The notes under the pieces were generated by a model that worked only from the letters and a program-made list of their open reading frames with translations, was not told the origin of the DNA and searched no databases. DNA of 63,767 nucleotides, filler included, from Neolecta irregularis DAH-3 (taxonomy: Eukaryota): NCBI GenBank assembly GCA_001929475.1. It is 14 parts of 14 records of this genome, joined end to end, with 100 filler letters (N's around TTAATTAATTAA, not from the genome) between each part and the next. Parts side by side here need not be neighbours in the genome. Positions count along the whole stretch, not along the records: positions 1 to 13,006 come from LXFE01003051.1; positions 13,107 to 30,625 come from LXFE01000302.1; 12 more parts are not named here. One strand, given 5' to 3'. Positions 12,790-25,266 of this stretch are shown here, in pieces (positions within the stretch are counted from its first letter, which is position 1; each line of letters starts with the position of its first letter). The position numbers were made by a program, and so were the translations under genes.

Positions 12790-13006
12790 ATGTCTGCCGC
12801 CTTTGCGTACAACGTAGGCCTGGCCTCGCCGGCCGCGCCCGGTGCGTGTGTGTGTGTGCCGCCGCTGACTGCAGTGTATGCCTTCCACCAGCAGCAGCAC
12901 CGCGGCCCGCACGCCTACTCGCCCGCCCCGCTCGCCTTTGCCTTTGCCGCGCCGTTTCTGCTCGACCCTGCGTATCAGTCCCGGCAGCCTCAGGCGGCTC
13001 AGGCTC
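12790..13006 (+). CDS. Possible 5' fragment of an unknown protein, truncated by the contig end
   Basis: ATG-initiated P/A/Q-rich ORF running into the gap; no recognisable domain. Confidence 0.25.
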
Positions 13007-13106
13007 NNNNNNNNNNNNNNNNNNNNNNNNNNNNNNNNNNNNNNNNNNNNTTAATTAATTAANNNNNNNNNNNNNNNNNNNNNNNNNNNNNNNNNNNNNN
13101 NNNNNN
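13007..13106. other. Artificial contig linker N44-TTAATTAATTAA-N44 (also starting at 30626, 32688, 37057, 40859, 43614, 46963, 50687, 55864, 57789, 59473, 61432, 62590)
   Basis: Identical 100-bp spacer with stop codons in all six frames, 13 occurrences. Confidence 0.98.
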
Positions 13107-13716
13107 ATGATCGAAGGCCAGAGGACATAGTCTACAGAAGGCGCAAACCACAAATACGGGAAGAGAAAATAAGTTATCGGGAATCCAGCTAGAGCAAATT
13201 GAAAACACGACGCCGTGCCTAATTTTCTCTGTACTGTTCGAAATGCAAAGAATTGTAAAAGGATAGCGATGATTCCCGTGACTGATAATGTGATGCCAAC
13301 TTATTTCGAGGACAGGCCCAGACCGCCTTTAATATTGAAAGGGGAGAATTTTTGGTGATTGTAGTCTAGCGAGAAGGGTTTCGTCAAAGTACGTTGTATG
13401 GAAAGCGAGAAGGATATAGGCTAGCAATTGAGTTTTGTCTGGAGAGTAAAAGCAGTTGCCAACGAGGTGGATTGTTGTGATTTTTGAGAGATTGAAGCGA
13501 AGTGCCTTGGGAGGATGGTAGTAGTGATCGGCGTTGCAACAACGGTTGCTCTGCACCATCGTCAACATCTCCGCCTTCATCCAGGATCATTGGCTTTTAA
13601 CGATATTTTCGAGAGAAGCATGATTTTATCCAGTCTTTGAGTTGGGGGGTCGTGGCAATCGGCTCTGCCAGGCGACAGGCAGCGAGGATGAGCAACAGCC
13701 GCTGCGGGTAACCCAT
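13107..13716 (-). pseudogene. MFS transporter pseudogene (YCR023C/ZIFL-like), internally deleted
   Basis: MGYPQRLLLILAACRLAEPIATT (TM1) jumps directly to a central loop, then LLAFHTTYFDE, a frameshift, and GGLGLSSK*VGITLSVTGIIAILLQFFAF...LG...FPITYFLFPYL. Confidence 0.7.
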
Positions 13717-14266
13717 GAAATAGTATGTATATGTCTCTATAAGTGCTGTAGATGTACTCTGTGAGTACTCGTAATATTGGGTACTCTGTGTGAGCATGGG
13801 GTTATAGACGTCTAGCGTGATGTCTCACTGACTCGGTAAAACCTATTGATAATTACTCAGACCTATTCAGCCTTTGTCTCGGCACACGACCTGGGGTTGG
13901 GCGCTGATGTGGACTTAGATTGGATATGCCGGCGTAGATACTATGAGAAAAAGTAACTACGTATATTGAATATCGGGTGAAAGCCTAGCCAGCTAGTCCG
14001 GCTAGGCGCTACTTGTACAGATTCGGCAAATGTGCTGCTACCGTCATCTGCCTGCCTGTCTTTCTGATGTCTTGCAGGGTGGCGATGCTTGTGACCGGTC
14101 CGACTGGGATGAGCTGCGGCCCTTGCTGCTCTCTGTGTTCCTTCCGATGACGGGCGGTGGCGCTGGCAAGCTGGTGGGGGTTGCGACGCTGGGGTCTAAC
14201 CCCACACTTTGCATTGCGTCATCCCCTGACTCAGCCATAGCATTGCGTCATCCCGCGGTCCTCCAC

Positions 14267-15957
14267 ATGCCGCCGCAACTCTCCGCGAGCTCCCCAAAGC
14301 CCCCCGCTGCCGTCTTCTTTGCCCTTGTCTGCGCTGGATTCGCCCTTATCAGCGATGGCTACCAAAACAATGTCATGGTCTGCACTCTGCATCGCCTTTG
14401 CTGATCCCAGACAATGGCAAACGTCGTTCTGAAGGCAGAGTATCCCCACGATTACACTTCGGTCTTTTCCACCCGCGTGTCCAATGCCCTCCTGATCGGC
14501 GCAATCCTCGGTCAGTTAACAGTCGGCTACATATGCGATCGCCTTGGCAGAAAATGCACCTAATATTTCCAATGCCATGTTGATTCATAGTCGCTATCGT
14601 CGTCACTACAGCTTTGATTGTCCTCGGTTCGCTCCTGGCCACCGCCTCAAGCGGGTCTTCCCTCCAAGTAGTTTTGCATCATTAACCCCTGCCGATATAA
14701 TAGGCCATGTTTTGGATGATGGTTGTCGCCCGCGGCGTTACCGGTATAGTTTATAAAAATGATTTATAATGACCCCCAAGGTTTCGGTGTCGGGGGAGAA
14801 TATCCAGCGTCATCGACCTCGGCAAGTGAGGCTGCAAACGAACAGCTCCAGAAAAGCCGTGGTCCAATCTTCATCATGGTCACAAAGTCTGTTCCCTGCT
14901 CGACACTTCATTTATCATCTAGTCTCCCACTATCCTTTGGTGGACCAGTATCCATGTGTATATTCCTCATTGTCTACTCTGCGGCTGGTTCTTCTCATTT
15001 GACCACTGTATCCCAGTCTCACTAGTGTTCCACTGATCTCAGGTCTGGAGGGTATGTTTTGGGCTCGGGGCAGTATTGCCATTATCCGTCTTCTATTTTC
15101 GCCTAAGGCTCGTCACGAGCAAACTCTATAGAGAAGGTGCAATCAAAAGTATACTTGCCTCCCCCTCTCCACCCTAACACTAGAACGCGTCCCATACTGG
15201 CTGGTTCTAAAATACTATTGGCGTTCTCTAATCGGTACATGTCTAGCCTGGTTCATCTACGACTTGTACGCATTCTATGCCCCTGTAGTCTAACATCACA
15301 GCGTCACTTTTCCGAATGGCATCTTTAGCGGAGCCATCATCTCATCCTTAGTCAAAAACTCTTCAATCAAAAAAACGGCAGAGTATCAACTACTCTTAAA
15401 CACCCTCCAACTCCCAGGGATATTTATCGGTGCACTTTTATGTAATCCTCTCGGTCGGAAAAATACAATGATGCTTGGGTTTAGTGGATATTTGATTTTC
15501 GGGGTATTCCCTCGTTCTCTGAAAACCACGTTTCTGACTTCAAAAGTTGGTAATCGGCTTGTCCTATGACCGCATTACAAAGATGCTGCCTCTATTCGTC
15601 ATATTTTACGGGCTAATGCAATCTTCCGGAAATCTTGGTCCTGGAGACTTTCTTGGTCTCCTCTCATCTGAATCCTACGCAACTCCCATCCGTGGAACAT
15701 GTTATGGTCTTTCAGCAGCGGTAGGCAAAGCCGGAGCAGCTATCGGCACACAAGTATTCCAGCCTATACAAATCCACTGGGGTAAACGATGGACGTTCAT
15801 CGTTGCTGCTGTGTGTGGGATTGTGGGTATCTTGGTCACATGGATATTTGTGCCCGATCTGACGGGAGAGGATTTGGCGCTGGAAGATCGACGATTTGAA
15901 GAATTTCTTAGAAAAGAAGGATGGACCGGAGATATCGGGGATGATCAGCCGGAATAG
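14267..15957 (+). CDS. GIT1: MFS glycerophosphodiester/metabolite permease (Git1-like), many short introns
   Basis: GFALISDGYQNN, TRVSNALLIGAILGQ...DRLGRK, GVGGEYPASSTSASEAANE, GNLGPGD...SSESYATPIRGTCYGLSAAVGKAGAAIGTQVF. Confidence 0.85.
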
Positions 15958-16329
15958 CAACCACTGGGTAGACATCAGAGTGACCCTCAGATATTGATTG
16001 ATTCATACCGCTGAGTGGTAGGCGGGTAGATCAAATTGTGGCTCCCGCGAGTGCCGCATCGGAGATCCGGCGTAAGACATCTACAAATAGTATCCCCACC
16101 CCTCAGGAATCAACCAATGTGCAAAAAAGGATACAACATGCAAATCTTATAGTGAGAGAACTACACTAGCACAAATAGACTACACTGTCTACTGGGATGT
16201 GAATCTGCAGCTTGTAAATGCGATAAACACAGCATTCGTCCAGGGCAGCTGCAGCTACTCAACCTTATTATGCCGCAGGGGCCTCATTTCCGCGGAGATA
16301 TAATTACTGGCAATCGCCGATAATCCTTC

Positions 16330-18404
16330 ATGTCGTCAAGTAAAATACCTACGATATATGTCGAGTCCTCTATAGGCCAAGATGCTGTTGTGCTGGACGC
16401 ACTGGGTCATCCTAAAGTAAATCCCTTCCTCCTCAAAACATGTATTCAACGGATCAGGAACTAGAACAAAAGTTTTCAGCGCTAAGTATGCTGGGCTTTG
16501 CATTTGCTATTCTCAAGTATTTCTGCTTCGCCTGTTTCTTTCGTGCTGAACTGGTAAAGTACCTGGACGGCTCTCGCTGCCTCATTGGCCGTGGCCCTTC
16601 CTACTGGAGGTACACTGCGATTTCTTATCGTTCATGCAATTCATATTCCCCGCAGGTCCAGTGACCGCACTATGGGGTCTACTCATCGCTGGACTCTGCA
16701 GTCTAGCGATCTCTGCTTCACTCGCCGAAATGTGTTCGGTGTGGCCGATTGCTGCTGGTCAGTATTATTGGACCGCCGCGTTATCACCACCTAATTGGGC
16801 GCCCCTATTGAGTTTTGCGTGCGGCTGGATCAACGTTATGGGCTGGTCTGTATATTGTTCCCGCATCACATGCTGATGTCAGGTGGGCTTTAGTCGCTGC
16901 TGGTGCTTCCTTGGGCGGTAAATGAAAGCTCCCCTTCCCGCGCTGAAACATCTGCAGCTTCGTTAATCACTGGAATTTTTGCTTTGCTAAAGGAAGAGTA
17001 TATCGTAAAGACTTGGCATACCTACACACTTTATCTGGGGTTCTTGGTAATAGCCACTCTTGCGAATTCTCAGGGAATGAATTATTTACCTGCCATGAAC
17101 AAATTCGCATGCAAGTTCTCCAAATCATTGTCCCCTAAACTTTTGGCTTACCTCAGAAAAGTATATTGGTCTGTATTCGGCGCAGTCATAATCAGTATAA
17201 CCATTTTAATCACTTCGGCGCCGAATTATCAGTCACCACGGTAATTCTTTCACAAAAAGAATAGTTGCTCACAATTAGCTTTGTGTTTACTGAATTCTTC
17301 AATGATAATACAGGATGGCCTGATGGGATGGCGTTGCTATTAGGTCTCCTTCCAGGAACATTATCACTAACTGCCTTTGTTCTTTCCGTTCCCAGCTGTG
17401 AAACTAATATGGAAAAAGGATGCAGTCGCACATATGGTCGAAGAAGTCCCTCGCCCACATATAAATGCCCCAAGAGCAATGATTTACGCAATTCCAATAG
17501 GTGTCTGCACGTATCTCCCCTAATACATTATACAATTCCAACTGACTTATTCCCTAGAGGCCTCGTCTTTCAAACTTGTTTATTTTTTGTCATTAGTGAT
17601 TTCAAAAGAGTCATAGATTCACCGGCAGGGTCCCTAGCCCTTAGTTAACAGACTTGGTAAAGCTAATATGATTAGTCCGCTCCTTGAAATTCTGTATCAA
17701 GCGACACATTCGAAAATCCAGGCAGTCGTACTTGATATGTTTCCTATTGGGTGTCTGGTCTTTGGAACGATCAGTATTGCGACAACTTCTTCTCGCCTTA
17801 CGTTTGCTTTTGCTAGAGGTATATCCTAGGAAAAGATTCTTTACTAACCTAGACAACGGTCTACCGCTTTCACCACATCTAGCTAAAATATCAAATGGCG
17901 TGCCAAGAAATTCCTTGTTTTTGACGATTATCATCGATGTGTTCTTCGGTTTACTGTATTTTGTCTCGGATTCAGCTTTACATGCGATTTTATCGGCCTC
18001 GGTAGTGGCTCTTGGAATTTCATACGGTCTACCTATATTCACTCTTCTCCTCCGCGGCAGATCATTCCTTCCCAAGGCAGCTTTCTCACTAGGTCGATGG
18101 GGGCTTTTTGTCAATTATCTTGGGTTATCGTTTATCTTGTTGACGACTATATTATTTCTATTCCCGGCCCATCGGGTTGTCGACGCAAGTTCAATGAGTA
18201 TGGATTTCATACTACATCATTGAACGGAAGTGCTGATTGGATTTAGATTATACCATTGTTGCGTTTGCGGTTGTTTTTGGGGTTTCTGTGTTTCGATGGT
18301 ACTTTCACGGTCGACTACATTTTTCAGGACCATTCGTGATTTCAAATCTTGAAATCATAAATGGAATTGAAGGGGATTTTCGGATTGGGAAACAGGTCGT
18401 GTGA
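16330..18404 (+). CDS. APC-family amino acid/choline/GABA permease (Hnm1/Uga4-like), many short introns
   Basis: FSALSMLGFAFAILN, GGPVTALWG, SLAEMCSVWPIAAGQYYW, F.DNTGWPDG, DAVAHMVEEVP.P..NAPRAMI, SSRLTFAFARDNGLP. Confidence 0.85.
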
Positions 18405-18589
18405 TGCTTTTTGCATTTTTAGAAGCTGGAGTTTTGTAGATATTGCGCTTTATACCATGGATGGTTGATGTTTGGAAGACATGTGGAGTGAAGAGTGATG
18501 TCACATCCACAAAGGGAAGGTGGGCTGAAGCTATCGATAACCACCACACTCAGAAAGCCTGAGTGTTTTCCCTTTCCTTGCAGTTTGCC

Positions 18590-19461
18590 ATGCCTCTTTA
18601 TCCAGGCAAATATATCCTTTCTTCTGTGTATTCTCTGATGGCTGCAGCACTCATCGCTGCGACATTCGCTTTCGCCGCAGGAATATTGATATACAATGAA
18701 TGGGATGCGCTTTCCGAAGCTTGGCAGAAGAGAAAGAAACAGCGCGTTTCTTCTGTTAGATTTCCCTTTGCGGCGGAATATGGCTCATAAGCGTGTTTAG
18801 CAATTTGGACGAACTCCAGAGAGATCGTCTAGTCTAATTCGCCCAAGACGGGCCACTGGAGAAGCCGGTTTTGCAACAGGATATTATTCCCAAAGAGACA
18901 GTCGAAGACGAATGTCCTCTTCCGTATCTCCCCTTTCTTTCCCTCTGGAATGTACCTCATATCCTGAAGAACTCCCAAGAGTACAACCTCGACGAATATA
19001 CCTCTCGCCACAACGCAAAGAAAGCACGGTTGATAGTCAACGAATCCGCAGATAGAGATCATATCGCTGGGTTTACACTAAATAATCCTGTTACGGATCA
19101 AACCAGAGGGTTAAGCCAAGCAGAGATCTATGGCTTTCCTTCCAACACTGAAGATTTGTTCATCGATGACGAACTATTGGCTACACCTACTATTTTCGAA
19201 GACCAAAGTCGATTATCCACTCCTACTGCTCGCCCATCCCCGGCAGAAGAGAACCGAATAGATTCTCTCTCCCAAGATAGGGATAATGCAATTGCGTTCA
19301 GCGAAATTTACTCTGCAGGAAGCGTCGCACAGTCGCCTGGATCTGCACATTTGCAGTTCGTTTCCGCTCGTGGATCTGAAGACGGATGGACTAGCGGTGG
19401 AGTGTCTCCTACTGGCGAAGACTGGAGCTTGATAGACAGCGGGTCTGAAAAAAGCGACTGA
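18590..19461 (+). CDS. Hypothetical single-pass membrane protein
   Basis: Hydrophobic AAALIAATFAFAAGILIY segment followed by a basic patch and an acidic/Ser-rich 196-aa ORF; exon structure uncertain. Confidence 0.5.
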
Positions 19462-19688
19462 TTGATTGTGGCTGTATAAAGCATTACCTGCCACTCATTG
19501 ATTGAATTTTTATTGGAAATCTTTCCTTTTTTCTTCACAATTTTTGTTTTGGTATAGGAACGTTTTGTGCATTCCTTCGAATCAATTTGGAACATTACAC
19601 TCTTTTAAATTTTTACACGTGACGTAAGGCAGGGGTTATCATATTCATAGGCCGGTGTTTGAGATGACCACCACCTACTTTTAGTTCA

Positions 19689-21112
19689 ATGGACCAACAC
19701 GGCATTTCACGTCCTTTATTTGTTCGTCTCTGATATACAGATGAGGATCTACACTCGAGTGAATACAAATCAAATGAAATATACTACAATTATCTCAAGA
19801 AACATAAGGACAATCCCGCGATATTACTTGCCTCAGCAAAGCAAGTCTATAAGAAATTCGACAATCTCAGAGACAACTTTCAGAAATTGAAGAAGAAGTA
19901 TCAGAAGGATCGCGATCGGTGGGATGCATGGTACGCGAAAGCGGAGAAAAGAAAAACGGAAAAGCAAAAGTTGAAAGTGCCATTAAGCGAAGCTTCCAAT
20001 TCGGTTGTGAACTCACCAAAGAAGAAGGTCAAAAGAGCCATCCCAAAGGAAAGATCATCGGAGGACAAGGAGAATGAAATTGATTCTCGAGTAAAGACTG
20101 AGGAAACTGTTCTCGAAGAATATAAGCTTCCAAAGCCCACAACGCAGGTGCTCAACGAAGTAGATGTTTTCTTCATTCCTCCATCACCAGACCGTCATCT
20201 CTTACGAAGCAATCCACAAAAGAAATCTCCCACTTCACTGTCTAATCAATTTAATCCCTCACGACCTATCGCCGAGTCTAACAATACAGAAAACCGAGGG
20301 AAAGATAAAGTAACCGAATCAATCGAGTCTAAAAACATCAAAAAAGAAGAACAAGAAACAGAAACGCTCCGGCGATTATCCTCTAACAGCCGTAAAAGAC
20401 CACTGTCTTCTTTGACTCGAGATTTTTCCACTCCTGCTACATTCGAAAGAAAAGAACGTTTGAGCCAAAGTGTTCCTGCCAAATTCCCCATCTCTCCACG
20501 AAAAGGAAAGAGAAGTTTGCCCGAACCATCAAGTCCTGAAAGATTTCAAAAAAGACCGCCATTACATCTCAGCCCTAGTGTTGCCAAAGAAAATAAAGGG
20601 CGAGGACGATATGCTTCTATGATGAAGAAGTAGGGTTTCCCAGGAATGATAGATACTGATACTAGACCTGATGAATTAGATACAACAGATTTTATAGTGA
20701 ATCCGGCACGAAACAATGGCATTAATTACGCATACCATGAGGTTGTTCGTGGCAAAGAAGCCCGAAAAGCACTTCACGCACATGACTGTCCCTGCTGTAA
20801 AACTGTACATCGTTCATCCAAGATTTATCTAGCCTTTAGTTTTACGACATAGCTGGACCTCCTCCACCTTCCATGGCCCCTCGCTGGCGCTCTCACTCCC
20901 CAGAGTCGAACGATGTTATCCAGAAAGTCTCTCGACATCGCGTGAATTTCGAGAGGGCGCCCACTCCTCCTGGTTTTTGGAATAGTGAGTTTCCTGATAC
21001 ACAAGCCCGGGAAGAAGTTCGACAGCAGGCCGAAGAGATGAGGCGCCGACGAGCGTTGGAAAGGGAAGCGGAAAGTAAAAAATTCGGTGGAGGGCGGTAT
21101 ATCAAACGATAA
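19689..21112 (+). CDS. CTP1: DNA end-resection factor Ctp1/Sae2/CtIP
   Basis: N-terminal coiled coil; YAYHEVVRGKEARKALHAHDCPCCKT (CxxC), SRHR and PTPPGFWNSEFPDTQ signature motifs. Confidence 0.9.
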
Positions 21113-22037
21113 TGCGTTGGAACTGGTTCATGAAATTTTTAAAGTGTATATGCATTTGTCTGGTCTGTATCTTTATTGGGGGGGAGTATGAAACGATATT
21201 ACAACTTCATGTTGGAGCAATCTCGTGAGATTTAAGTCAGCTTGTGTCTTGATGATGCATCAATGTTAGGGGCTTGAGATACATTTGCAATACATACGAC
21301 AGAGTGGGATTCCTAAATCCCCATATAATGTGAGGTCAATGATCTGACCCTTTTGATTACTGAGCTCTGGCTTATAGTAGCCTTACTGATCCTTCCTTAA
21401 TAGGTTCAGCGTTAGTGGTCTCAAATCTGTTTCGATGTCAGGCAGTACGAACCGGGGTGAGAAGGTATTCATGAGCCAGAGAAACGGGCCATATATGCGA
21501 AGCAAGATTGAAACGTCCTGTCCAGCCTTTCCATCTCCCAGTTGTCAATGTTTTATAGACCGCTAGAATCCTCTGGTGTATCCGACTGCATGTTGGATGA
21601 ACCGGTATATTATGGTTTTCTACATAGTGATTGGACCAATCACAGCTGGCCGCCTCTCATATTTTAGACTCCTGGAACATGTCACACGTCAGTCACCGGG
21701 GGTTTTCCATCTAAAACATAGAATTCATGGCAGGTACAGTCCTACATTGAGTGCATTTGCCTCGACGATAAACTTCAGTTGTGTTATTAAAGAAGCTCGC
21801 TTGAAACTATTCCATCTGGTGACGTCAAGAGAGTAACGACTACACCACAGAAGCGGTATAGGTTCTTCAAACGACTTGGAGTGGTTAGAATATCTCCACG
21901 ATATCTTCTTGCTTGCGTTTCATTAGATCAGCGCGACCCTTTATAAACGCACCCTTGTGATCAATCTGACACGCAACCTAACAGGCTACGTATATAAATA
22001 CCGACCTCCGACCCGCCTATAACCCGAATCTGATTCT

Positions 22038-23178
22038 ATGCCGAGCGTCAAAAGGCGCGTTCGAAAGACCCGATTATGTCGGTTCTGGATGCATATGGAC
22101 AATTGTCGATATGGAGATCGTTGTAGATATGCCCATGGATTTCTACAACTGGAGAGTGTTCCCGTTCGTCTTGTTGGAAACGCAGATGCTATCAGTCAAT
22201 GGTATAACCAGAGATACCACGAAGGACCGGTTTCTTGGCAGATACAACAACCACAACGTGTCATCGCCGCTCCACCTGAAATCCATGCGGCACCACCTAC
22301 TCCTATTGCCTCACCGAGGCCTGGTTCGACCTCCTTGCCGAAATTATCGTCTCAACAGGAAGGGAAAATTGAATCAATTCCTGAGCTTCGGTGCAAAGAA
22401 ACTAAAAGTCAAGCGGTACAGACAGATCCAGAAAGTGTTTTCGTCAATGTGAACCCGCCGGAGAAACCAGCAAAGGAGGTTAGCCTCAACTTCAAATAAA
22501 TGAACTGATGATCAGCTCCGATATGAGGCAGAGATTGACCGACTTACTGCGAAATGCGATCAACTCCGAGAAGATAAAGCTCATGCTCTTGAGAAAAGGG
22601 GTGCAGAGTGGAATTCTAAATATGTGGAATTAAAAGAACAGAATGAATATCTCTCATATCAGCAGAATCGAGACCGTGAATATATAAACGTTCTAGAAGA
22701 TATTATAAAATCATCGAAAGCAACAATAGAAGACCTGCAAAGACGCATGAACTCTGTTCAAGCTCAGCTGGCCTCTACATTCACCTCGCGAGATGCTGAA
22801 ATGCAAGCTAAAATCCAGAAACTCGAAAGGGACCGGAGTGAACTTGTTGATACAATCTGGAAGTTAAAGAATGAGGTTGCCGAAGCCAACGAACGCATAA
22901 AGTCGAAAACTGGTGATATTCTTCTACTTCAACTGTCGAAATTGCGAAAAGCGTCCTCTTTAGAACCCTCAAAATTCTTAACATGGTTATACCAAGAATG
23001 CCCTCCACCTAATCCTGTTCCTTTATTGCCTGCAAAATGTGGCAAATCCGAATTTCGCGAAGCCATCAGAAAATATCACCCTGACAAAGCTGGAAAATTT
23101 GGCGATCATATTAAAATTCTCGTAGAAGAAGTTACTAAAGTCTTGAATCAAAAAGTACAGGAAATCGAGCCCGAGTAA
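22038..23178 (+). CDS. CCCH zinc-finger + coiled-coil + C-terminal J-domain-like protein; intron about 22479-22515
   Basis: KTRLCRFWMHMDNCRYGDRCRYAH (C-x8-C-x5-C-x3-H) and FREAIRKYHPDKAG...EEVTKVLN. Confidence 0.7.
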
Positions 23179-23554
23179 TTACTCAAGTGGATGGTATCGG
23201 TTGCAATTGTAAGAGTATGTACGGTTTACATCTCATTCATATCTTCGGAAAATCATTTGCGCTTTTTTTTGAAGGTTATTCGCTCGTTATGTATTTTCGT
23301 AATCTCTACATCAGGTTGAAAAACAACGACGAGCCATTCGTCTGGTTTATTCAACCTTGCCTTGAGATAAGGATTATCTTTACTCAAATCTTCATTCATT
23401 AGTCTCTGGCTGAAGAGTTACCAAGCCAAAGATTGCTACAAAAATAACTATGCATACCCTCAAAAATAGTGAATTTTGATCCCCATAATTTTGTAACACT
23501 CAAGTTCAAGTTATCAGTCAGCATTTTGTGATTTTAGCTTTCTGAAAATGAAGT

Positions 23555-23582
23555 TTAGGGTTAGGGTTAGGGTTAGGGTTAG
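23555..23582 (+). repeat. Interstitial telomeric repeat (TTAGGG)4TTAG
   Basis: Perfect TTAGGG array inside a contig. Confidence 0.85.
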
Positions 23583-23934
23583 ATAGATGATAGATAATTA
23601 TTCTGAATGAGGAAGGGGCAAAGAGTGTGGTTGGGTGGATGCATATGGCAAGCTATTTGATCAACTACGAGTCTGTCTTTACAGAGGACCTCTTAGAGAA
23701 ATTCCAATTGAACTTCTTTCTGGGTTCTGAGTCAACAGAGGATAAGAGATCTATAAATATTGCCTAATGAAGATATTCCAGGGTTTCGAGTTTCTTTTGT
23801 CTTGTTGTAGTCTATGATTGTTGGTGGAAATGACAGGGCAGCGAATAAAGGAATTGGCGATGTGAAGGAATGACGTTCCCCATCGCATCCTGTTTCAATA
23901 GAACCAAACTAATCCACCTACATCCCCTATTTCA

Positions 23935-24816
23935 ATGCCCGTCTGCAACGGCTACTCGTGCTCGATCTTCATCGAAGATAGTCCCCTACTTGAATCAGAT
24001 ACCACTCGGATAAATAGTGCCTCAGTCGGGACGTACATTCAATCTCGGGGTATGCAGGTCAATTGATTCATTCAGGGATTAAACTAGGGATCTAGACAAT
24101 GCCGAATTTAATATTCGGTTAGAAAAAGAATCTCGTTCGCAGGCTGTCGTCGTAAAAGTTTACCTTGATGGAATACCCAGTTATAGTCTCGTGATGCGAC
24201 CTGAGCGAACCGATGCTCGGATTAACGGACGAATGGTCTCGAATACCGAGTTTCGACCGCTAATGTTTACCCCACTGTTGCAATGTGGTATGCTCTCGCA
24301 CCGATATCTGATTGATTCCATGTTCAGGTGCAATGATGGCCAAGACTAGTGACCCATCGGTCGGAACAATACGAATTGAAGTCTTGCCTTGTCAGATAAC
24401 CAGTGACGAGACTCTATTGAATCATACAGACTATGAGGACAGTGGGATGATTGACCAAAAGGCGCAGGAAATTGGACTGACACACCGTTCCGGGTAATGC
24501 AATCCTTTCAGTCAGATCTTAATAGATAAGGTTTGGACCCCGCAGGACAGTGAAAGAAACGAAAAGAAGGACAGTGGATGTAGCATATGATTACGCTGTA
24601 CCCGGAGCCCAATTTATCTTCAATTATCGTCGGAAGGGTAGACAGTCCTTTGGTATTGCTTTATTGACAATAACAGGAGCTCTCGAACTATGCGAAATCT
24701 TCTCGCAATGTAAGCCTGTCCAACTCATCTCATATAACGATATAGTTGCATTACAACCTGGTATTGGAGATCTTCTTAGTGAAGGGTTCACCAGCCTAAA
24801 GCTCGAACAGTCATAG
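23935..24816 (+). CDS. Conserved fungal protein of unknown function (DUF7918-like), about 4 introns
   Basis: VKVYLDG, FRPLMF, VGTIRIEV, IDQKAQ...LTHR.GFG and AQFIFNYRRK.ALE pattern; GT-AG introns join the fragments. Confidence 0.55.
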
Positions 24817-25266
24817 CAGGTCTTGTTGAATAATCGGACGAAAAGCGGCGTTATGGTTTACTTAGCGGCTCTAGTTGGTCTTTTCTTTATGTCCTAATAT
24901 TGATTTTTGTATGCACTGTTATATTGTTGTATCGAAGACGATCATGGTATACTATCGAACATGTCAACGATATCAGACATGGACTTGACATCTAGGAATC
25001 AATCATTGAACTTACCTGACGATTTCAAGACCCGAGTGGGTAGTTTTCCATTTCTTTATCGGATGACGTCAATGGCAAAGATATGTGAAAGTTTTTATCC
25101 ATAGGCAAAAAGAGCTTGTAAAGCAACTACTGTCTACTGATGAAGATATCCTTCTATCGTAAGTATGGGTATGCAGATCATTTGCTGATAAATTATGAAA
25201 AACGAAATTCATCTCAGAAGTAGAAATTCAACATTAGCGCGTAAACTAGAGACCATCCCATCAGAA

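Noticed and set aside
13051-13062. Recurrent TTAATTAATTAA palindrome between N runs
   Set aside because: Artificial six-frame stop linker used to concatenate contigs; not biological, and gene neighbourhoods across it are meaningless.
19615-19626. Overlapping CACGTG/TGACGT motif upstream of CTP1
   Set aside because: Short motifs are expected by chance; no conservation data available.
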